This document shows positions 56,587 to 64,000 of a stretch of DNA of 64,000 nucleotides, piece by piece. Origin of the DNA: Candidatus Coprovivens sp. (GTDB taxonomy: Bacteria > Bacillota_I > Bacilli_A > RF39 > UBA660); the NCBI GenBank assembly GCA_051892935.1, contig JBJFGS010000018.1, forward strand, positions 10,753-74,752. Direction: 5' to 3'. Each line of letters starts with the position of its first letter. The stretch's first letter is position 1. Below the pieces are notes generated by a model. The model was not told the origin of the DNA. It was given only the letters and a program-made list of their open reading frames with translations, and did no database searches. Position numbers and translations under genes: made by a program.

Positions 56587-58836
56587 ATGAATATATATTT
56601 TCAATTATCAGCTTTTATATTTACTTTAATAACAGCAATCGTTTTTTCGTTAAAGAAAAAAGCCAGTACTCTAGAAAACTACATATATCGTGGAATACTA
56701 GTTGTAACATTTATTGAAATTATCTTAGATATTCTAAATATAATAATAAATTATAAATTTCATAATACTATAGTATCATTATTTATTAGTAAACTAGCTG
56801 TCGGTTCAATTTTAACGTGGGTTATAGTATTTGCTTACTATATATATGCTATAACATCTCCTCGTAATGATGGATTTGTTTTATCAGGTGATAATAAAAA
56901 CTTCAAGCATTTCATAAATATGCTTATTATAGCAATTTGTATCATTATAATCGTAAATACCATAATTCTTAACTTACCAATAAGTGTTACACCTTATGAA
57001 GGATACTTAATAATTGATGGACCAGCTTTATACTTCTCATATTACTGCATTGCTATTTCATTAGGAGTAATTTGGTATTTTATTCTATCTAATAGAATAA
57101 ATGTTGCTCAAAAAAAATATACTCCCGTTTACGTATTTAATTTATTAATAATGGTTGGATTAGCAGCTCAATTACTATATATTCAAATACCAATAAATGT
57201 TATTATCACAGCTTTTACCACAACAGTAATTTACTTTACTATTACTAATCCAGATCTACAATTAATTGAAAGCTTAAATATTGCCACACAACAAGCCGAT
57301 GCTGCAAATCATGCAAAATCCGACTTCTTATCAAGTATGTCTCATGAAATAAGAACTCCACTTAATGCTATAATAGGTTTTAGTCAAGCTTTAGCCAAAG
57401 AACCAATATCAGGTTCAGCTAAAGAAGAAGTAAAAGAAATAATCAATGCATCAAATAACTTACTAGAAATAGTTAATGGAATACTAGATATATCTAAAAT
57501 AGAAGCCAATAAAATAGAAATAGTTGAAATTGATTATAGTACAAGAAAACTAATAAATGATATAGGAAATATAATCAATTCTAAAATAGGAAGTAAAGTA
57601 ATTGAATTTAAAACAGAAATAGACGACAAATTACCTGATGTCTTATATGGTGATGCCATTCATTTAAAACAAATCATAACAAATCTTCTAACTAACTCTG
57701 TAAAATACACTAAAAAAGGTTATATCCTATTAAAAATTGAAAGTAAACGGAAAGAAGATAATATAGAATTAGTAATTACTATCGAAGATAGTGGAATAGG
57801 TATGACAAAAAAAGATTTAGAAATGATTTTTACTAAATTCCAAAGATTTGATATGGAAGAAAACATTAATATTCAAGGTACTGGTTTAGGTATGGCTATA
57901 ACAAAAGGCTTAGTTGACTTAATGAACGGAACAATTGATGTAAAAAGTGAATATGGTAAGGGAACTAGTATTAAAGTAACACTAGAGCAAAAAAATAGTA
58001 CCAAAAAAGTTGAAGAACTTAAAGAAGAAAAAGAAACTAATAACATTGTTCCATTCAATGCCTCAGGTCAAAAAGTCCTAGTAGTTGATGATAATAAAAT
58101 AAACTTAAAAGTAGCTGACCGCTTACTAAAAGAATACAATTTAAAAGTCGAACTAGTTAGTTCTGGAGAAGAATGTATTAATCGCATCTTAGACGAAAAA
58201 AAATATGATCTAATTTTCTTAGATATAATGATGCCAAAAATGAAAGGACCAGAAGTTCTTCAAAACCTAAAAAATATAATTGGTTTTAAAACACCAGTCG
58301 TAGCTTTAACAGCTGATGTAATATCCGGTATGGAAGAAAAATATATTAAAGAAGGATTTGATGATTGTCTTGCCAAGCCTATAGTTAATGAAGATTTATA
58401 CTATATCTTAAAAAAATACTTAAAAGAATCGGAAGAAAAAGTATCATCTTCTGAAAAAAAAGAATCAAGAGAAAAAGAAAACAGTATAAGTATACTTGAA
58501 AAAAATGGTATTAACGTTCAACAAGGATTAGAATTACTAAAAGACATAGAAATGTATAATATGACATTAACAGAATTTTATGATGAATTAGAAGATAAAC
58601 TAAATGATTTAAATAACTACAGAAAAGCTAAAGATTGTGATAGCTATAGTATACTAGTTCATTCACTAAAAACAGAAGCCAGATACATTGGATGTAATGC
58701 TCTAGCAGACATGTCATATGAACATGAACTCGCTGCTAAAAATAATAACATTGACTTCATAAATAATAATTATTCAAAATTAAAAATGGAATCTATAAAA
58801 GTTAAAGATACAATAAAAGAATATTTAAAAAAATAA
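56587..58836 (+). CDS. Hybrid sensor histidine kinase (multi-TM, HisKA, HATPase, REC, HPt), copy 1
   Basis: SMSHEIRTPLN, NLLTNSVKYT, DSGIG, GTGLG, VVDD..DIMMP..KP, HSLKTEA. Confidence 0.95.
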   Translation: MNIYFQLSAFIFTLITAIVFSLKKKASTLENYIYRGILVVTFIEIILDILNIIINYKFHNTIVSLFISKLAVGSILTWVIVFAYYIYAITSPRNDGFVLSGDNKNFKHFINMLIIAICIIIIVNTIILNLPISVTPYEGYLIIDGPALYFSYYCIAISLGVIWYFILSNRINVAQKKYTPVYVFNLLIMVGLAAQLLYIQIPINVIITAFTTTVIYFTITNPDLQLIESLNIATQQADAANHAKSDFLSSMSHEIRTPLNAIIGFSQALAKEPISGSAKEEVKEIINASNNLLEIVNGILDISKIEANKIEIVEIDYSTRKLINDIGNIINSKIGSKVIEFKTEIDDKLPDVLYGDAIHLKQIITNLLTNSVKYTKKGYILLKIESKRKEDNIELVITIEDSGIGMTKKDLEMIFTKFQRFDMEENINIQGTGLGMAITKGLVDLMNGTIDVKSEYGKGTSIKVTLEQKNSTKKVEELKEEKETNNIVPFNASGQKVLVVDDNKINLKVADRLLKEYNLKVELVSSGEECINRILDEKKYDLIFLDIMMPKMKGPEVLQNLKNIIGFKTPVVALTADVISGMEEKYIKEGFDDCLAKPIVNEDLYYILKKYLKESEEKVSSSEKKESREKENSISILEKNGINVQQGLELLKDIEMYNMTLTEFYDELEDKLNDLNNYRKAKDCDSYSILVHSLKTEARYIGCNALADMSYEHELAAKNNNIDFINNNYSKLKMESIKVKDTIKEYLKK
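58267..58349 (+). repeat. 83-bp block identical to 60533-60615 (REC domains of the two kinases)
   Basis: Direct comparison; flanks differ mainly at synonymous sites. Confidence 0.9.
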
Positions 58837-58852
58837 AAGGAGAGTAGATAAT

Positions 58853-61111
58853 ATGAATACACATTTGCAAATATCAGTACTATTATACGTTTTACTTATT
58901 GCAGTAATCTACTTTCATAAAAAGAAAATTAATACAATTGAAAATATCGTATTTAAAAGTTTAATTATTCATACAATATGTACAATTATAATAGATATAA
59001 CAAGTAGAATATATGCTATTTATAAACCAATGACATACCTAACAGTATTAATATTTAAAACAAACTTATGGATGCTAGTAAGTTACATTGTAATATTTAC
59101 TTACTATGTTTATTGCATATCTACAAAATTAAATAAAGGCAATATCCCATGGGATGAAAACGAAAATAAAAAACATTTTCAAAAAGGCTTATTATCAATG
59201 TATTTAGCAATGCTATTAGCATATCCAATTATGTTATACTTACCAGTATATTTGTCAGTAGAAGGAAAACACTTTACTCAAACTGGTCCAGCAATGTCGG
59301 CTGCATACATTTTATCAGCAATCTTTATAATTCTTTGGTTAGTTTTCATTTTCAAAAACAAAACAAATTGGAAAAATAAGAAATTTATTCCTATATACAT
59401 ATTCTGTATTATATGTTTAATAGCTGTTATCTTACAACATGTTAAACCAGAAATATGTTTTATAACTCCATCTATTGGTATCATAACGGTCTTAGTATTC
59501 TTTACATTAGAAAATCCTGATCTTCATATGATAGAACAACTAAATATAACAAAAGAAGAAGCCGTAAAAGCAAATGAATCCAAAACAGAATTCTTATCAA
59601 GTATGTCTCATGAAATAAGAACACCACTAAATGCTATAATAGGATTTAGTCAAGCCCTTTCAAAAGAAGATATTTCTGGAACAGCCAAAGAAGAAGTACA
59701 AGATATTTTAACTGCTTCTAATAACTTACTAGAAATAGTAAATGGAATACTAGATATCTCCAAAATAGAAGCTAATAGTATCGAAATAATGAATGTCGAC
59801 TATAGTACGAAAAAATTAATAAAAGATACATGTAGTTTAATAAATGCTAGAATCGGTAGCAAAGTAATTGAATTTAAAACTGAAATAGATGATAAACTAC
59901 CACCAGTTTTGTATGGCGATTGCACAAGAGTTAAACAAATTATAATAAATTTATTAACTAATGCTGTAAAATATACAGATGAAGGTTATATAAAACTATC
60001 TATAAAATCTCGAAAGCGTAATAACAATTGCCGTTTAGTAATAACTGTTGAAGATAGTGGAATAGGAATGACTAAAGAAGATTTGGAAATGCTCTTCACC
60101 AAATTTCAAAGATTTGATATGAGCAAAAATGCTAATGTTGAAGGTACTGGCCTAGGAATGGTAATAACAAAAGGCTTAGTTGAATTAATGAACGGCCAAA
60201 TAGATGTAAAAAGTGAATACAAAAAAGGCTCTATATTTACAGTAGAAATAGATCAAAAAATAAGTTCAAAAAAATTAGAAGAAATTGAAAAAGAAGAAAA
60301 AGTCGGCAAAGTAGAACCATTTAATGCTTCAGGCCAAAAAATATTAGTTGTCGATGATAATAAGATAAACTTAAAAGTTGCTGAACGATTACTTAGAGAA
60401 TACAATGTATCAGTAGAACTAGTAATATCAGGGCCAGAATGTATTAATCGAATACTCGAAGGTAAAAAATATGATCTAATATTCCTAGATATAATGATGC
60501 CCAAAATGAAAGGACCAGAAGTTCTTCAAAATCTAAAAAATATAATTGGTTTTAAAACACCAGTCGTAGCTTTAACAGCTGATGTAATATCCGGTATGGA
60601 AGAAAAATATATTAAGGAAGGTTTTGATGATTGTCTTGCTAAACCGATAGTTGAAGAAGAACTATATTACATCTTAAAAAAATACTTAAGAGAAAATAAA
60701 ACAAAAACAAAAGAAATAACAAGCAAAGACTTATTAAAAAATGATAAAAACAACTTAAAAATACTAGAAGAAAACGGAGTAAATGTTAAACAAGGATTAG
60801 AACTATTAAAGGATATTGAAATGTACAAGATGACTTTAAATGAGTTCTACGAAGAACTAGATGAAAAAATATCTCAATTAAACGATTACCGTAAGAATAA
60901 AGATTTAGATAGTTACAGTATTTTAGCTCATTCTCTAAAAACAGAAGCTAGATACTTAGGTTTCAATGATTTAGCAGATATGGCATATGAACATGAACTA
61001 GCTAGTAAAGAAAATAACCAAGAATTCGTAAATAGTAATTATTCTGTACTAAAAATGGAATCAATTAGAATTTATGATTTAATAAAAAAATATTTAGAAG
61101 GAGAAAAATAA
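58853..61111 (+). CDS. Hybrid sensor histidine kinase (multi-TM, HisKA, HATPase, REC, HPt), copy 2
   Basis: Same motifs as copy 1; divergent TM sensor region. Confidence 0.95.
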   Translation: MNTHLQISVLLYVLLIAVIYFHKKKINTIENIVFKSLIIHTICTIIIDITSRIYAIYKPMTYLTVLIFKTNLWMLVSYIVIFTYYVYCISTKLNKGNIPWDENENKKHFQKGLLSMYLAMLLAYPIMLYLPVYLSVEGKHFTQTGPAMSAAYILSAIFIILWLVFIFKNKTNWKNKKFIPIYIFCIICLIAVILQHVKPEICFITPSIGIITVLVFFTLENPDLHMIEQLNITKEEAVKANESKTEFLSSMSHEIRTPLNAIIGFSQALSKEDISGTAKEEVQDILTASNNLLEIVNGILDISKIEANSIEIMNVDYSTKKLIKDTCSLINARIGSKVIEFKTEIDDKLPPVLYGDCTRVKQIIINLLTNAVKYTDEGYIKLSIKSRKRNNNCRLVITVEDSGIGMTKEDLEMLFTKFQRFDMSKNANVEGTGLGMVITKGLVELMNGQIDVKSEYKKGSIFTVEIDQKISSKKLEEIEKEEKVGKVEPFNASGQKILVVDDNKINLKVAERLLREYNVSVELVISGPECINRILEGKKYDLIFLDIMMPKMKGPEVLQNLKNIIGFKTPVVALTADVISGMEEKYIKEGFDDCLAKPIVEEELYYILKKYLRENKTKTKEITSKDLLKNDKNNLKILEENGVNVKQGLELLKDIEMYKMTLNEFYEELDEKISQLNDYRKNKDLDSYSILAHSLKTEARYLGFNDLADMAYEHELASKENNQEFVNSNYSVLKMESIRIYDLIKKYLEGEK

Positions 61112-61653
61112 TGAAAGAATTATTAGATAGAATTAATGATACATTTAATAAATCATTAGTTAATTCAAGTGAGGAAACTCAATTACAAATTAAAATATTA
61201 AAAAATAACATCAATGCTTTATTTGCAGAATATGAAAAAGAACCAGTCGAGCAGCTAGAAGTGGCAGAAACACCAGATTCATTAGAACAAGCAGATATGA
61301 AATCAGTCCTTATTATCGATGATTCAAGTATAATAAGAAACTATTTAGAAAGAATATTTATTAATGATTACAACGTAAAAATGGCGATAGATGGAAATGA
61401 TGGTATTGAAAAAATAAAATCAAATCCCCATCTTAATATCATACTTTTAGATTTAGTAATGCCTAAAGCAGATGGCTTTGTAGTTCTTGACTATATTGAA
61501 AAAAATAAAATAGATATTCCCGTAATTATAATTAGTGGCGAAACTAGTAAAGATAGTATAAATAGAGCATTCGAATACAATGTAGTGGATGTAATAAAAA
61601 AACCATTTGATGTAGACATCATTAAAGAAAAAATAGATAGATATAGTAAATAA
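61111..61653 (+). CDS. Response regulator: N-terminal helical extension plus receiver, no output domain
   Basis: IIDDS, LLDLVMP, IISG, KKPF; TAATG overlap with kinase 2. Confidence 0.9.
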   Translation: MKELLDRINDTFNKSLVNSSEETQLQIKILKNNINALFAEYEKEPVEQLEVAETPDSLEQADMKSVLIIDDSSIIRNYLERIFINDYNVKMAIDGNDGIEKIKSNPHLNIILLDLVMPKADGFVVLDYIEKNKIDIPVIIISGETSKDSINRAFEYNVVDVIKKPFDVDIIKEKIDRYSK

Positions 61654-61686
61654 TAAAATAGATGATTAGATCTTACTAAGCATCTT

Positions 61687-61950
61687 TTATTTTAAATAAC
61701 TTCCATACTTAACAATTGCATCATTAGCAAGCTTTTTAATCTTAATAAAATTATCTTCACTAAATTTATCTTTATACTTATCAATATCAAATAAAGAATA
61801 ATTTCCCAAAACACTCTTCCAATTCTTTTTAACAAACTTATAAGAAAAATCAAGTTCATCAGGACTTAAATTAATCCCCTTACTAATTGCATAATTATTA
61901 AAATCATAAATACTCATATTATTAATAAATCTCTCTATTAATACAAACAT
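61687..61950 (-). CDS. DUF2624/YqfT-like small protein
   Basis: AGGTGA RBS then ATG at 61950; IN.MS..D..YA..GI.LS pattern; CATACAAT (SigE -10 consensus) upstream on minus strand. Confidence 0.55.
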   Translation of the reverse strand: MFVLIERFINNMSIYDFNNYAISKGINLSPDELDFSYKFVKKNWKSVLGNYSLFDIDKYKDKFSEDNFIKIKKLANDAIVKYGSYLK

Positions 61951-62013
61951 AAAATCACCTACAATATTGTATGAATAAACTATTATTTCTAATACTAATA
62001 ATAGGTGAATTAT

Positions 62014-63897
62014 ATGAAAAAAATATATTTTACTATAATAGCAATTCTTACTACTATAGTTATCTTTCGTTATACATACATATCGGTAATAAAACACGAC
62101 TATTACTACGAAAAATACCTTCAAGTATCTAAAAAAATAGTCTATGGTTTAAATGCTCCAAGAGGTCGAATTCTCGATCGTAACGGAAAAATATTAGTAG
62201 ATAATATAGGTATTAATACCATAGTTTTTCATCAACTAGATGGTATCGATGTTAAAGAAATAGCCAAAACCTTAAATAGTATTATTGATGTTAAAAAAGC
62301 TACTTTAGAAGAACAAAAGAAATACTATTTAAAATATGAAGAAACAGACTCTTTATTAACTAAAGAAGAAATAGAACTATATAATCGAAGAAAACTAACT
62401 ACTAAAGAAATAGAAGATATAAAACTAAGTAGAATCGAACCAACATATACCGAAGAAGAAAAAAAATTCATTAAATTATACTATCTTCTAACTAATGGAT
62501 ATAGTTATGATAGCAAAATAATATCTGAAGATGTTTCAGATGAAATATGTTCTATAGTAAACACCACTAATATACCAGGACTCACCTGTGAATATACAAC
62601 AAAAAGAATATATTTATATGATACTTTAAACGATATATATGGCAAAGTAGGAAGTATATCAAAAGAAAATAAAGAATACTATATTAATAAAGGATACTCT
62701 CTAAATGATCAAGTAGGTCTAAGTTATATAGAAAAACAATATGATGATTATTTAAAAGGAACTAAAGCTAAATACTTAGTAAACTCTGATAATTCATTAA
62801 CTCTACTAGAAGAATCAATAAAAGGAAATGACATTTACTTAAGTATAGATATAGAATTACAACTAAAAATAAACGAAATAATAAAAGACAATATAAATAA
62901 ATCATCTAATCTAAAAAATACAGAATACTATAATACATCATATGTCATAGTAAGTAATCCTAATACTGGGGAAATAATAGCTAGCACAGGATTAATGAAA
63001 GTAAAAAACGAATTCCATGATGTAACAACCAATATACTAACATCTTCATTTACTGTTGGATCTGTTATTAAAGGAGCATCACATACTGTTGGTTATCAAA
63101 ATAATTTAATAGATATAGGTAAAAAAATAAATGATTCATGTGTCAAATTATATTTAGTACCGGAAAAATGCTCATATAAAAAACTCGGTTTAATAGATGA
63201 TATAACTGCTTTAAAAACTTCTAGTAATTATTACCAATTTATGACTGCTATTAAACTTACTGGAAACAGATATAAAAAGAATATGAAACTAAACGCTACC
63301 GAAGAACATTTTAATATATATCGAAATACTTTTGCATCCTTTGGATTAGGTTCTAAAACAGGTATTGATTTAGAAAACGAATCAACTGGTATAAAAGGAA
63401 AAATTATTGCTGATGATCTTTTGTTAAATCTAAGCATAGGTCAGTATGATACATATACACCTCTTCAAATAATGAATTATATAAATACAATAGCAACATC
63501 AGGTACTAGATATTCATTACACTACTTAAAAGAAATAAAAAATAATGATAAAACAATATATGAATATGAACCTACTATTTTAAATACAGTTGAAAACTCC
63601 AATTTTAAAAGAATAATAGAAGGATTTAAAGAAGTATTATATACAGGAACAGGTCGTGGCTATACTGATACAAAATACAAACCAGCAGGAAAAACAGGTA
63701 CTTCCGAAACAGTATATAAAAAGGACATAACAACAATAACTCAAACATACGCAATGTTCGCCCCATATGATAATCCTAAGTACTCGATAGTCGTAATTAG
63801 TCCAAATATTTCTTATAACAATAATAAAGATAACTATATTGCTCCTATAAACCGCTATATTTCCAAAGAAGTTAGTAAATTAGTATTTGAAAAATGA
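62014..63897 (+). CDS. Class B penicillin-binding protein (PbpA/PBP2-like transpeptidase)
   Basis: APRGRILDRNG, GLSYIEKQYD, SxxK (SVIK), SxN (SSN), KTGT. Confidence 0.93.
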   Translation: MKKIYFTIIAILTTIVIFRYTYISVIKHDYYYEKYLQVSKKIVYGLNAPRGRILDRNGKILVDNIGINTIVFHQLDGIDVKEIAKTLNSIIDVKKATLEEQKKYYLKYEETDSLLTKEEIELYNRRKLTTKEIEDIKLSRIEPTYTEEEKKFIKLYYLLTNGYSYDSKIISEDVSDEICSIVNTTNIPGLTCEYTTKRIYLYDTLNDIYGKVGSISKENKEYYINKGYSLNDQVGLSYIEKQYDDYLKGTKAKYLVNSDNSLTLLEESIKGNDIYLSIDIELQLKINEIIKDNINKSSNLKNTEYYNTSYVIVSNPNTGEIIASTGLMKVKNEFHDVTTNILTSSFTVGSVIKGASHTVGYQNNLIDIGKKINDSCVKLYLVPEKCSYKKLGLIDDITALKTSSNYYQFMTAIKLTGNRYKKNMKLNATEEHFNIYRNTFASFGLGSKTGIDLENESTGIKGKIIADDLLLNLSIGQYDTYTPLQIMNYINTIATSGTRYSLHYLKEIKNNDKTIYEYEPTILNTVENSNFKRIIEGFKEVLYTGTGRGYTDTKYKPAGKTGTSETVYKKDITTITQTYAMFAPYDNPKYSIVVISPNISYNNNKDNYIAPINRYISKEVSKLVFEK

Positions 63898-63944
63898 AAA
63901 TTTTATGATACAATAGGAACGGATTAAAAAAGGAGGGCAGTACT

Positions 63945-64000
63945 ATGGCAAAAAATGAAAATAGACCTAATGTAGCTTTAGTTTGTACAGAATGTAAACA
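63945..64000 (+). CDS. rpmG: 50S ribosomal protein L33 (3'-truncated by window)
   Basis: AGGAGG RBS; MAKNENRPNVALVCTECK matches L33 R..V.L.CTEC. Confidence 0.88.
   Translation, partial: MAKNENRPNVALVCTECK

Noticed and set aside
61954-62007. Long-range TCACCTA/TAGGTGA inverted repeat
   Set aside because: It is simply the two AGGTGA ribosome-binding sites of divergent genes
57-63437. Numerous short minus-strand ORFs in the track (e.g. 57-272, 22734-23246, 38978-39457, 49749-50348)
   Set aside because: They are antisense shadows of well-supported plus-strand genes, lack RBSs, and their hydrophobic bias follows from the A-rich coding strand
1-64000. CRISPR array, tRNA/rRNA, IS element, integrase or prophage
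   Set aside because: No regularly spaced repeats, cloverleaf or rRNA-like GC-rich tracts, and no transposase, integrase or phage structural motifs were recognised
1-64000. Mycoplasma-type genetic code 4 suggested by the very low GC
   Set aside because: Conserved genes are full length under code 11 and several end at TGA (e.g. 5964, 25260, 35078, 63897)

Overview
Very AT-rich chromosomal segment of a low-GC Firmicute using genetic code 11 (TGA is a stop). Gene content and order resemble a genome-reduced, probably spore-forming member of Bacilli such as the RF39-type gut lineages; the taxonomy is inference. Almost all of the ~60 genes are on the + strand. Core genes include dnaI (partial), fmt, sigG, ylmC, lspA, an RluA-family synthase, a rhomboid protease, lexA, tkt, sirA, yneF, parE, parC, ylbD/ylbE, nfo, a class B PBP and rpmG (partial), interleaved with accessory genes. 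No rRNA, tRNA, CRISPR array, transposase, integrase or reverse transcriptase was seen. Most notable: (1) four sporulation genes (sigG, ylmC, sirA, ylbD) each have an inverted repeat that buries the RBS or start codon, with the 5' arm upstream of the predicted start of an internal promoter, suggesting a read-through insulator; (2) two tandem surface-protein genes have DNA-identical 5' and 3' blocks around a divergent repeat-containing core; (3) a CarD-like gene is translationally coupled to a stand-alone RNAP alpha-CTD-like gene behind a leader terminator; (4) an FHA-FHA-ABC exporter sits next to an atypical Ser/Thr kinase with a Cys-repeat ectodomain; (5) one protein looks like a P-type ATPase membrane domain without its catalytic core; (6) a yybP-ykoY riboswitch precedes an intact P-type ATPase; (7) a LexA-boxed 44-aa membrane peptide occupies the yneA position; (8) two hybrid kinases with HPt domains precede an output-less receiver protein. 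All calls were made by eye from motifs and recalled synteny; no database searches were run.
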